The notes beneath the pieces were generated by a model. That model did not search any database, had not been told where the DNA came from, and worked only from the letters and a program-made list of their open reading frames with translations. Positions 51,633 to 63,840 of a DNA stretch of 64,000 nucleotides are shown piece after piece; position 1 is the stretch's first letter; each line of letters begins with the position of its first letter. Source of the stretch: Microthyrium microscopicum (taxonomy: Eukaryota); the NCBI GenBank assembly GCA_010405405.1, contig MU004233.1, forward strand, positions 189,067 to 253,066. The letters are read 5' to 3'. Both the position numbers and the translations under genes were made by a program.

Positions 51633-53101
51633 CTAATCACGATGAGGTCTCTCATCATCATCCTCAAACTCCTGCGGCATCGGCAACGGATTCGCCTCCT
51701 TCGTGCGCGCCACCACCTTCCCACCCTGCGGACTAATCCTCCTCACCGGCCCACTCCCATCCTCTGAGTCACGTCCTCTTCCGCCGATGAGTCCTTCACC
51801 CTCACTACCAGTCTCATCCTCTTCGCTACCAACAGCTCCATAGCCTTCATAGTCACCCGCCGGGTCCTTGATGAAGCTGTCGATGATCCAGTATTGCAAC
51901 ACATTCATGATGAGCGGGAAAACAAGCATCACGAATACAATCTGCATCCATTCGCGGCCCTCAGTCCAGCGTAGTGCCCAGTCACCTACCCAGCCGAGCC
52001 ACGGGAAGAGCTGGAAGAGGAGGAAGACTACGATTTTCATGGCGAGGAGGCCGAGGAAGTAGATGAGTGCTTGTTTGCCCCACCAGCGCCATGAGGGCGG
52101 ATGGCCGTAGACGCCGGATTTGAGAGACTCGGGTGGATTTGCTAGTGGTGTTTTTGCGACTAGCCAGTGTAGAATTCGCAGGAATACGACGAGGATGGGG
52201 ATGCCGATGGTTGTGTCAATTGCTAGGTTCAAGAGGTAGAAGGAGCATGGGTTTGGTGATTCGCGGCCATGCTTGGCGAGATTTTCGATGTCGGTAGATT
52301 TTGTGGTAATGTTAAGATTGCCAGAAGAGAGCATGGAGAGGAAGAGGTTGGCGAAGTGGAGCATGAAGCTGCCTACTACTTGCTTGGAGACATCAAAGAA
52401 CCAGACAAGGACTGGACGGCGTGGCTTTTCGCGCCAGCGCTTCCAAACTAGGGAGAGAAGGGCGAGTCCGCCTAGTGCGGCTTGAATTAGGATGGCGAAT
52501 TGGCCGAGAAGTTTACATTCGGCGTGCTCTTTTTTGGGGCCGTCTTTGTTGCCAGTGAGCGCGATGTTGACGTCGTGGGAGCCGTCGGGGGTGCCTGCGT
52601 CGGAGACTATTGGCGGAGGGGTTTCTTTCTCGACGCCTTCAATGGCCAGCAGTTCGGTTTCGAATACTGCGAGCTGTTAGATTTGATCGTGTGATCGAAG
52701 GGGATGAATGATAACTTACTGAGGACCGAATTAGGGGGTATCTTGCCCATATCGCTGCTTCCATATCCCAAAGCGGGAGGTATAGTCAGCTTGCGTCCCT
52801 CTCCAGGACACATATCAGCCATTCCCTGGTCCCATCCTTTGATGACTTGCCCTACACCAAGCGTGAAGCCAAATGGTGTACCACGACCATAACTGCTATC
52901 GAACTCTGACCCATCGCTTTGTAATGTGCCTCGATAGTGTACTTTTAGCTGATCGCCTGCTTTGCTCTTACGCATGCAAGACGCGGGTTTTGTGGTTTCC
53001 ACCTTCAGGCCATTATCGAGTATTTGAGCATGTGACACGTTCAGGAGGGTGGCGAGGAGGACCAGCGTGAGCGACGCGGAGGATGAAATGAAGCCGCGCA
53101 T
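51633..53101 (-). CDS. Secretory FKBP-type PPIase (Fpr2-like) fused to a STIMATE/vacuolar membrane protein domain
   Basis: Signal peptide, VHYRGTL...[15 protein letters not shown]...IPPALGYG; after intron 52719-52667 the frame is continuous through ECKLLGQF...[17 protein letters not shown]...NPCSFYLLN...DTTIG. Confidence 0.88.
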
Positions 53102-54004
53102 CTACGCGAGGACCTGGAGCATGGGGAGATGCTCAGAAAGTGGTGCGATGGGGTGGAGGGAGTGCGGTGGGAGGAAGAAGAAGGATGGAGAGACAAGGCC
53201 AGATAGGAAATGGTGGTGATGTCTGGGGTTTGCAGGGGGCGGCGTTTAATGGTTTGAATGTCTGACGCACGTCTCAAGTCGCTGATAACCACCAACACAC
53301 ATGCAAATGCAAAGTATAGAGTGAAAAGCAGAAGTCGTAGATAATGATAAAGTATGGATGATGACTCTAGGATTAAAGTTTGGAAGGTAAAGGGCGTGAC
53401 ACAGCCAAGACAGTAACCAGTTGAGCTGGAGGTCTCAGGTCGTGAACCGGTTGCATCTAATCTTGGATATCGCTTGCCTGTGATTGGTCTAGACCCCCTC
53501 AGCCACGTTCCATCAAACTTAACTTCATCCCATCAAAGACGTCGACACTCCCGTCGAGTGCCATGTCCACCTCCGCACCTTATAAAGATCATACTCTCTA
53601 GTTCCCATCGAATTCCATATTTCTTTACTATCTCTACGTACTCGATGGAAGTCAAAGTGATTGATGATAGAATGCAGCGGAAGTGAGCCGACGAAGCTGA
53701 TGGGAGCGAGCCATGTATTATGTTAACTGGTTGAACGTAAACTGCGATTCTTCTCAAATCTCGGTGCTACCTGCCGAGTAAGATGGGAACGTGCCTCTGA
53801 CTGTGTTCTTACACTCGAGTATGAGCTGGGGGCCTTGAACTCGACCCGCAGCAGTATGCAGCTACGCCCCGGCGCATGCGACATCTTGATTGGGATATGT
53901 GCAGCAGCTGAATAAACAACGGTCAATATGCCTACGGGAGCAAGACCCTGAAGTCCTTGAGCTTGCAATGATTTGGCCTTACCGCAATCGAGAAGGTGCG
54001 CACC

Positions 54005-57000
54005 ATGGATGAGCGAAAGAGACACAGAGGCTTACGACATCGTTTGGGTTTGAGGAAGGAGCCGAGAGACAACCCTCCTCAGCCTGATGCTCCAGCTCCA
54101 GCACAACAACCACATCAAGAACCTCCACCGATAGCAGATCCAGCAACAACTTCTGCCGTAAATGCAGTGACGGATCCAGTGCCAGACCTAGTGGCAGTCG
54201 CAGAAGCACCTCCAGTTGGCAATTCCAATCAAGACCCTCCGCCAGCAGTAAAACCGCCAGAACCTCCTGTAGCTGAAGTATCCTTGAGGCTATGGACTGG
54301 CGCTTATCATGCTGTCAAGGATTCCGAGCCTTCTCTAGTCGAGGACTATGAAATGATCCTAACTCGATACAAGAATGGTCCAAGCAAAGAAAACGCCTTT
54401 GCAAATGTCGACGATGAGGAGCGGTTGAAGCTGATGAAGGAAATCACTGACAAGTCTCTTCGAAAAGCTAAGAGCAGGCCGAAAGCTGAGGCGGCTGTAG
54501 AAGGCACGGTGCAAGCAATTGAATTCGCACGTGAGCTTGTCGGTGGTTTCCTTGAGCCATATCCTCCAGCAGCGTTGGCCTGGTCTGGCTTCTGTACGAT
54601 CACTCCTTTCCTACTGAAGCCGATTTTGGAGACCAAGAAGTTGCGTGATGGACTTGAGGAGGTGGTGGGCAACATGCGATTTTCCATGAATTTGGCGCCC
54701 TTGCTGTTGAGAGAAAGCTGGAAGAATGACGTACAGTTCCAGAGTCTGCAGACAGAAATGAGCAGTTGTATCCAAAAGTACTACCAAGGAATGCTCATCT
54801 TTGAGATGAACTGTGTTAAGGCTTGTCATAATCGTTGGAATTTCATCAAAGACTGGGTCAGCGCGAACAATTGGGATGGTCAGGTCTCCGACATCCGAAA
54901 AGCCAAAGAGGAGCTCGAGAGCAAGATCAGTCTGTACAGCAACGAAGCCATAAAGGAGCATCTGCGCACAACTATCACTACCTTGCAAGGTATGCAAAGT
55001 GATTTGGGCGAGATGCGAAAGAATCAAGAGAAGAGTATGCTTCGGGAGTTGACCAAAGATCGTGATATTATGGTCGGCGAATTCAATATTACACAATATG
55101 TTCCGGCAGATGCAGAAGAGCTCAACAAGCGACGAATTCCAGGCACTTGCGAGTGGTTTCTTACGGTAAGTTTTATCAATTTCATTATCGAAATTCCGTA
55201 AACCTAGGCTCAGCTTACTTACACAACCTAGGATGATAAATACTTGGAATGGCTCAATTCGAATGACAGTAAACTTTTGCTCGTTTCGGCGCCTCCTGGA
55301 TGTGGCAAATCAGTTCTGAGTGCCTACTTAATTCAAGAAGAATTTCGCCGTCAGTGGCCTGATGAGCAAATATGCTACTACTTCTTCAAAGACCAAGTGG
55401 AACAGAATAAGATTACAAACGCTCTTCGTGTTCTCCTCCATCAGTTGTTCCTTGGCTCTCCGGATGTAATCGAATATGTCGAGAGCGAGATTCGTCGAGC
55501 TGGAAAAGCATTGAAGGATGATTTCAAGAAGTTAGGCGGTATTTTCCAACAAGCAGTGAAGACTGGGCTGACTGCTCATGTTATTTGCGTTCTTGATGCA
55601 TTGGACGAATGTGATCCTGGAAAGCTCCAGAATCTTATTGATTGGATTGATCGTCTGATCTCTGCCACGAATGTCAAATCAAAATCCAGCATCACAGTAA
55701 AATTCTTACTTACAACGAGAGGTCTTCCAGTAATTTTGAACGCGTTCTCAAAATGTCATCAGACTTTAAGACATGTATCCGCAGAAGAGAAGGAGGACTC
55801 CTTACAAAATGAGATTGAACTGGTGATGGAGGCCCAGTTCGAGCAATTTGCAAGAAACAATGGTCTTGATAAAGAACCGGAAAAACGGAAAGATCTTTGG
55901 GACAATTTAACGCGATTGGGACAACACCAACGGACGTACCTATGGGTAGAGCTGATCTTCAAAGCTCTGGGTGAGACTCGTCTGAAAATGAAAAGCGAGT
56001 GGGAAGCATTGATCAAAGACCCTCCTCTGACAATCTTTGCAACCTATGGCCGACTCCTAAAGTTTGTGAAGCCCAATGAACAGAGTCGAGTCAAAGTTCT
56101 CATGCACCTCGTGTTTGCTGCGCAACGTCCGCTGTCGCTTGTCGAGGCTAGTATGGCAATGACTGTTCATACAAGCAAAAAGGATTCGGCTGCAACCGTG
56201 GGAGAGTATGTCGATGACCTTATGAAAGAGCGAGCCTTTCGCGAGTGGCTCCTTCCAACTTGTGGATTCTTCATATCTGTGTACGGTGACCGGCTTTTCT
56301 TTATTCATCAGACTGCCAAGGACTATCTTTCCACACCGATGTCAGAGGGAGAGCTGGCAGACCCTAAGATAGAGCCTCAGCTCTTTCGGGGGACTGTCAC
56401 AGACCGATTGGCGCACGCCGTAGCTGCGGAAGCCTGTATTGCCTTTCTTTCCATCAAAGAAGTATTGGACTTGGAGGAAGACGACTTGGGAAACTTCTTT
56501 CCACTACAACCCCATGATCATGACAACTTCGACTCCTATTTATTATCCACACTTGAACAAAACGAAGCATCGAGAGCTAATATCGAAACACTACCTAGGT
56601 CTACACCTGTTCAATCATATGATTCTGATTTTATAGCGGCACCATCACTAGACTTGCTTGGGTCTTCAAGTTCGAATTCGCATCTGTCGGAGAAGGCGTC
56701 GCCTACACAACGATTTTATGTGGATCTGTACTATTTCTGGCAATTCTGGGCCTTGCATTTCGAATATGCCCAAGAGCTTCCCACAGAGAAATCCCAGTCT
56801 GTCATCGACGTTGAAGATCGATTTATGGAACGCTATTACTCTCTCTGGATACTGCCGTTGCCAATAAGTGTAAGGAACCCTCTGGCATGGTCTGGATATC
56901 CGACTGTACCTGAAACCTGGCACCACTTGATTCTACTCAGCGTTATCCTTGGCCAAGCCAAACTGGTCGAACGAGTCATCCAGACCACCGAGAGCACTGC

Positions 57001-57679
57001 GATATTACATGAAGACTTTACCTTCACAAGGTACAACGCTACCTACTTTGGTCAACTCTGGCATGCAGCATACGAGTGGAACCACAAGCCTCTTGTCAAG
57101 TGGCTCCTCAACCATGGCTCCGAAGCTAAGCAGCCATTACTGATCAACGATACCAGCATGTCTGTCCTTGAACGTTGCATCACTAAATGTGACCGCGCAA
57201 CAGCAAAACTTCTCATCAAGCGAGGAGAAGACATAGACGAACTCAATGGCAATGGACTAACACACTTGACTCAGACGCTCAAAAGCATTGTGTGCTCGGG
57301 CATAGACGAACCTGATGACTTTACACTTCGACGGGTTGAACTTTTACTCCGCATGGGTGCGTCTTGGAAATCGGCCATGAAATACATAGGTGAAAACACG
57401 GAACCGTCAAGCGATAAATCCGAGCGTGCATTGGCGGTCCAGTTGCTGGACCATCCATCTCTACGGGCGTACAAAGCGAAATGCATCTCCAGTATGCGAG
57501 AGCAGGATGGAGAGCCGGCAAAATCGCTGGAACAGCATGGCAGGCTTAATCGTCCTCTGAATGGTCGCAATGTCGGTAACTATTCGCCAAGTATAGCAAT
57601 AGTTCTGATTCTGCTGGCATATTCGTTCTGGTATCTTGCATCTCAATCAGTTCTGGGTACCGTACCACCAATGGGGTGA
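54005..57679 (+). CDS. Fungal NLR-like NACHT NTPase (NACHT_N region, NACHT, degenerate ankyrins, C-terminal hydrophobic segment)
   Basis: LWTGAY...LVEDYEMIL, PPAALAWSG, RIPGTCEWFL, Walker A APPGCGKS, Walker B CVLDALDEC, FIHQTAKDYL; intron 55166-55231. Confidence 0.88.
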
Positions 57680-58069
57680 AAGAGAACGAAGAGGGCGGCT
57701 GGATATTGCAGAACATACTGAGCGCTGTGGTCAGATACAATACCCACATCAATCATACTTCATCTCTAGTGAAGATAGATCATGAGTAATACTTTGCGAT
57801 ATTGAAAGATCTTTCTTCTAGACCGACGAGGAGCCACTACCTTTGCTTAACAGGGTTGTTCATGTTAGCTATCTCTAAATTCTTGGATCATAAACTGGCT
57901 CCGGCGGAAGTCGAGCTTCCTCCCACTCCTTCGTGGCAGCATTGAAAACCATAAAGCAAAACGGCGCCGATCTTATCAACTTCCTAACAGCCTCCAAAGC
58001 CTTGCTCCCACCACCAAGATGCCATGGATCGGCATCCCAAGTCGATGATTTCCACTCCTCATGCAGCTT

Positions 58070-59142
58070 TCACTTGCAATCAATCGCAAAAAGCTGGAAA
58101 TCTGAACAGCCTTCAACATCAAGAAGTGCCTCAAGGAACTGTCCGCTTTGTGTAATGACCCATGGCTGCATCTCCAAGTCTATCCGCAGCTTCCTCAAAT
58201 TTCGGAAAGAGCATAAAGTCGCGCAAGCGGAGCGAAACCCATCTAGACTTTTTTTGGGTTGCTGGTAGTACGGGGCAAGTCTCCAAAACTCATACTTTAC
58301 TTGCCATTTGATGTAGATTGAACGCACGAACTGGAGTTTGTGCGGTACTATTGATTTAGTACTTTGCTGTACATATGGCCATTCGGGATTCTTGACAGGG
58401 AGACTATTCGTGTGTTCTATGTGGTAGAAGAGAAATGTGTTCGTGGAGTACAAGATTGGTAGCGCCTCGGAGTAGCTGATAAGAATGTTAGCTTATGCTC
58501 GGGGAAATCAATAGATAGAGCAACGGCTTTTTTGTATCAGATGCTAGTCTCCTTGTGGATACAGAAAATAGACAAGCATATTCTTCTGTGGAAATGTGAT
58601 CATAGTGTTGAAACCTACATCATACGACAAGTTTGTAACAAGGCGATAGCTCCAGATATACCTGTATGCTTGATACCTTCATCACCAAGACGACCCCGGT
58701 TCAAATCGAAGTAAATCATGTACCCATTGTAAGGTGTACGGTACGGATGTTTCAGGCAAGTACAAAGCTCTGGGGGCTTCGGAAGATCTCCATCCATGCA
58801 GGTCATGGAAATCAAAGGACGAGTGAAATGGGTCGAGGGGATGTGCTGGTTTCGGTGTCCAAAGACATGGCGATATATCTGTTCGCGAACATCATAAGGC
58901 AGTCTATTGAACAATGCTGACTGTGTTTGGGTCAAACTCGACTGCTCCAGGCTCAGCTTTTCGTTGTCGATAGTCAATGCCCGAGGACGCGGCCCCTTCT
59001 TGTATTGCGAGTGGCTGGGATGCTCTTCTGGTCGGAATGATTCAAGGCCCGATCTTTCTTTTTTGGAGGATTGAAGCCAGCGCAGGCATGGTATGGATTC
59101 AAGCCAAAGTCCGAATACACTTGTCCTTGTTTTCTGTGTCAT
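58070..59142 (-). CDS. DUF7730-like (F-box-like) fungal protein, possibly truncated by a premature TGA
   Basis: QSALFNRLPYDVREQIYRHVFG...ALLQTCR|YSEALPILYSTNTF; intron ~58617-58475; frame stays open to TAG at 57875. Confidence 0.7.
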
Positions 59143-59964
59143 TGTGCAAACTCTTTTGAAGTCGTAGTTGTAGTCCGATTATCTGTGAGCTTTTCGCTTT
59201 ATACAATCAGCGAGATTATGGCAGATGAGCTATTGTCGGAAGCAGTTGATGACAAGAAAGAACCACTCGAAGTTACTAGGCAGAGAATGCAAAAGCTTTC
59301 GATGATTTCAACCCTTTTTTCGCAAGATGAATATAGCAGAGTCGCAGAATTCTTGAAATGGGAGGGGAATTGCATGAATCTTCTGCTTGCATGAGCTCAA
59401 CTATCATTGGGCATTGGCTGCTGAACGGGATACATACAAATGTTATCTGACGCTTTTGAACAACTGCCTTGGACAACAATGATACTCTGCCCTTTGGTAC
59501 TTCTTGCAATTCCTTGATCATAAGGATGCTAGAAGATACCGAATCAAGAGAGAAGGTTCTTAGATCAACGTGACGCAATCTTGCTTCCACCCTGTATGGT
59601 CATCTTGTCTCACCGTTGGCCCAAATATATCTGTTTCAGACTCTGTCTTCAGCAACGTGTACTAGAACTCAGGTTGATTCAAAAGCACGAGAGACTAGTT
59701 GCAAATCAGCGCTCAAAACTTTAGTATAGACCCCCAGAAAACCGCATATGCTATGCCGCCCACCCGCTATGATATAAAAAGCTAATCAGTCTGAGCTGCA
59801 AGGTGAGATGCCAAATATGACCAACGATACGTTCAACTGGTATGTATACAGCCCATATACCAACCCGATCCGCCATGACCCCCAACGATGCGTCCTCCAC
59901 CCATCAATCCAGGCTAAAATCAAGCAAGCGGTCCAGTCCTGTTGTCACTGGCCGCAAACATATA

Positions 59965-61506
59965 CTACCTCTCCACGAAAGCACTCTCCCGTTCAACAGT
60001 TGTGATCTCCGGATCAATCGCAATACTCGACTCCTCACTGCCTTCGGACAGCTGCGACTTCTTCCCCGCGCGTTTCGACTGATGGCTAAAGTCCGTCAAC
60101 ATAAGCGCCAGCTGCATCTTCTGCTTTTCCTCGCCCTCCACACCGCCTTCCGCTGTAGTCTGCGACGTTGTTTGCGACCCCATAAGTGACAGCGCCTGAT
60201 CAGCTATCAAAGATGATTTAGAAAGGATAGATGGATGCGAGGTTGCTTCGGATGTGGTGTCTAGATCTGATTTCGTTTCTGGTTCCGCGGGAGCCGGATG
60301 CCTTGGAAGCGCGTAACTTTTCAAGTCTGCGTATGTAAGGAATTCGCTATCCTGCGTCCCGCGCTCCTCCTTCGCGTTTCCAGTATTATTAGTATTTTGC
60401 GGTGAGCCAGGCCGTCCGTCCGTAGCAGATTGTTGCGCGGCGTCAGTTCGTGGGCCAAGAGAAAACGAGTTTTGAGGATGATTCCCACTATCGAAACCTT
60501 CCTCGGAATCTTCACTTGGATCCCGATTTCGTCGAGTGCCTGTTCGTTCTATGGCTTCTATACTTGGTGATAACGGTACATCTGCACTTCCATGCTCATT
60601 CGTCATATGTCGCCTTAGATTATCCTTCCTACTGAAAGCCTTCGGACATATCCGGCATCGATACTGTTTCGAGCCTGAATGTGTCGTCTTGTGCCGCCGC
60701 AAATCCTTGGGATATAAAAATGAGCGCTCGCACTCGTCGCAATTATATGGCCTTCTTTCGTATCGACGCGCATGATGTCTAAAAACACCATTCATATTAG
60801 CAACCACCCTCTCATTATCACTCCGAATACCCGCTATCAATGTGACTGACCTGAGCTCGCTCTTATTATTAAACGCCCGCTTACAATTCCCACACTGAAA
60901 CTTCTCCACTACCGCCCTTGTAGGCCCCACCACCATCCGCACAGGCTGCTCCTCCTGCGCACCCCCAGTCACTGCGCTGACCTCATCTGCCATACCCTCG
61001 TCTTCGCGCCGCGCCCGTCGCTGCGTGTCAACAGAGAACTGTGTCGGGCCACTTGGTCCACGCAACCAGCTATCCACCAGCGATTCGCGCCCTACACGTG
61101 TATCAAGCACACTCAATGTCTCCTGCGACAAGCCAACGTGTAGCGAAGCCGAAGTAAACGAGCGCGAAGGAAATGAATGCGGCGTGAAAGAAGAAGTAGG
61201 ATCGGGAGTCGTAGATATAGTGTCGTCGGCGCGTATATCGTGTTCGTCAACGACTTCGAGTGCGCGTCGTTTGCGCGGTGGGGAGTTTTGGTCGTCGAGG
61301 TCAAAGGTGTCGGGAAGACTGCTAGCGGAATCGCGAAAGCGGTCGCCAGTTAAGGCGCCGAGGCCAAAGGTGTCTGGAATGGTGCGCAGAGGGAGCGTGG
61401 TGATTGTTGTGGGTGCTGGTGCTGGAGCTGGTGTGGCGGTGTAGGTTGCAGGCGCTGGAGGTTGTGGGTTTAGAAGATCGCGGTCGCCCATTGAAAGGCT
61501 GGCCAT
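59965..61506 (-). CDS. C2H2 zinc-finger transcription factor
   Basis: YNCDECERSFLYPKDLRRHKTTH and YRCRICPKAFSRKDNLRRHMTNEH; 72-nt intron 60850-60779; start and 3' end approximate. Confidence 0.85.
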   Translation of the reverse strand: MASLSMGDRDLLNPQPPAPATYTATPAPAPAPTTITTLPLRTIPDTFGLGALTGDRFRDSASSLPDTFDLDDQNSPPRKRRALEVVDEHDIRADDTISTTPDPTSSFTPHSFPSRSFTSASLHVGLSQETLSVLDTRVGRESLVDSWLRGPSGPTQFSVDTQRRARREDEGMADEVSAVTGGAQEEQPVRMVVGPTRAVVEKFQCGNCKRAFNNKSELRSVTLIAGIRSDNERVVANMNGVFRHHARRYERRPYNCDECERSFLYPKDLRRHKTTHSGSKQYRCRICPKAFSRKDNLRRHMTNEHGSADVPLSPSIEAIERTGTRRNRDPSEDSEEGFDSGNHPQNSFSLGPRTDAAQQSATDGRPGSPQNTNNTGNAKEERGTQDSEFLTYADLKSYALPRHPAPAEPETKSDLDTTSEATSHPSILSKSSLIADQALSLMGSQTTSQTTAEGGVEGEEKQKMQLALMLTDFSHQSKRAGKKSQLSEGSEESSIAIDPEITTVERESAFVER

Positions 61507-61959
61507 GGAAGTGCTTGCACAAGAGAGAGCGCCGTTATGGTGATTTGCGGTGCTTATTTGTCCGGAGAGATCTTGAAGTTGAAGATGGGAAGAGATCAGG
61601 TGGAGAAGAAGCTGGCGCAATGGAAGGGCGATGTCAGCATTTAGGCAAGAGGCAGGCGCATTGGACGATTGAGGAAGGAGCGCAGGGAGATGCCAGCTGA
61701 GATGGAAGGCAGGAGCAATGCAAACGCGCGAATCAAGGAAAATTGTAGTGTTACCACTGGCGCTGAATAGATTGTTCAAATGTTGGTACCAACAACGACT
61801 CTAAAAAATCGACAAATCCAAAGGCCGTAGGCGCGCGGTGGCGACCAAAAGAGAAGTGGGAAAGATGGGGGAAGTTCTTTCTGATGCGAGTGGTTGTGGA
61901 CTTGTGGATTCTCCACTCTCAGCGCATGCGTTTCACAGCTCAGGTGGGAAAACGTGGTA

Positions 61960-62698
61960 TTCTTAATTGCAAGATACTGTGGACTGCTGCAGAGTCTTGG
62001 CAACCAAAAAAAACTACCAACGTGAAATCTACCAAAAGGTAGTTTTTGACGTTTAGATCTACCATTCTGCCAAAATGTGACTTAACAATATTCTGAATTT
62101 AGATTAACTTATTGGGTCCCTTTCTCTATAGCTTATAGCTTTGAAATACTTATTTACGACCTTTATTCGTAGAGTAATTTGCTTTAGAACCTTACCAATG
62201 GTTTTTGAGGTTTTTTAGCAACAAGACCAAAAGTCTTGGCGAGCCAAAACCAAGATTCTTGAGATTCTTAAGGACCAACTATGGTCAACTTCTAGCCTAA
62301 ATTACTCTATCAATAAAGGTCGTAAATAAGTATTTCAAAGCTATAAGTTATAGAGAGAGGGACCCAATAGCTTAATCTTTAATCAGAATTTGATTTGGTC
62401 CTAAAACCACTTTATAATAAGGTATCAAAGTAAGGTCAAGAAGGACAAAGATAGCTAATTTCAACTTAAAGCTGTCTTACCAAGACCTTATATTATTTAA
62501 TTCTGATTGAAGAATAAGCTATTGGGTCCCTCCCTCTATAACTTATAGCTTTGGAATACTTATTTACGACCTTTATTGATAGAGTAATTTAGGCTAGAAG
62601 TTGACCATAGTTGGTTCTTTAACACTTGAAATTGTGATTTTGGTTTTTATTTTCTGCCAAGACTTAGCGTGCAGTCCACAGCATCTTGCAATTAAGAA
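61960..62698. mobile_element. AT-rich foldback/non-autonomous TIR element with internal repeats, TA-flanked
   Basis: TIRs TTCTTAATTGCAAGATACTGTGGACTGC...GAGTCTTGGCA / TGCCAAGACT...GCAGTCCACAGCATCTTGCAATTAAGAA; internal copies at ~62110-62190 (+), ~62270-62373 (-), ~62516-62620 (+). Confidence 0.85.
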
Positions 62699-63840
62699 TA
62701 AAGAAAAGAAAAGCAACTCTGACCTCACAGCATCCGTGGGGCCAAATCAAAAACTCAGCCAGCGAACTAATATTCTAGAAACCGACGTACGAAGCGAGGG
62801 CTGACAAGTTGGTTTCCTGCACCTCGACTGCGACTATGCACCATAAATATCTCCTACCGTAGCAGTGCCGCTCGCCAGGAAACATCGGACCCGACGTGGC
62901 CATGAAATTACAGATGGAACAGCATCAAGAAGCCAATCTCCCGAGCATCCATATTTAAACTCCATCCGTCAGGGCAAGAAAAAAAATATCTAACCACGAC
63001 TGCCGATCGATGCCCTGTTCCTCGAATCCGAGAGGCCGGAGGCCGCCGTACAATCCATTCAGTTGCGGGTTTCGTGTAACTTCACCGCCAGACCGCTTTT
63101 CCTACACCACATAATTACTGTTTACAAAAATCGCTATCGGAGATAACAGTGGGCATTTCTCACGCATATGCCGTAACCACACCTTACATTTAGTCCCGTT
63201 TGAACCAACTATCGACGCGAATTGTCTGTGGTCGAGTCATTGCCAAAGTGTAATCTTCTAGCTGACGAAAAGCTTCGATTGTGGCCGCTATGCATTGCAT
63301 GCAAAGTATTTGTTTCCCCAAATGTCAAAGAGAAGAGACGAACCTATGGGGCGGAAGGCGACTCTACTCTAGAGTAGAGTAGTTTTCTCCCTGCAATAGC
63401 AATGCAACGCCTTGCGAGGATCCTGCACTGCAGCCGCATCATCTGACTTATCGTCGAGCAGCCTCGGAGACATCAATATGCCGACCGCAATGCGAGTGGG
63501 AGCATCCATAAGATTACTGTCAAACCCACCGGCTCTGTTTTGAGGCCATTCAATTTCTATTGATACCTGTATAGCCTATTCACATGATACCCATCTGATG
63601 CTTTTCCGTGTGCCCATCTATAACTCACGCTCAAAACTGAAAAACAGCTCGCGAAATATCAATGCCCACCATAGGATTGAACAAGAAAGGCCTTTTACAT
63701 GCCTCAGACATCAGAACTGAAAATCAAGTAGCAATTGCTGGGGAATAAACGCCATGGTCGTAATCAGTCTTGCCAAAAAGGCAACCTGAATCAAAGAACA
63801 TAATATGCTCTACAACAACGCGCAAAATACATCATGCATC

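Noticed and set aside
61507..61779. 91 open codons upstream of the C2H2 ATG as a non-AUG extension
   Set aside because: Pyrimidine-rich 5' UTR-like sequence is naturally stop-poor; no supporting evidence.
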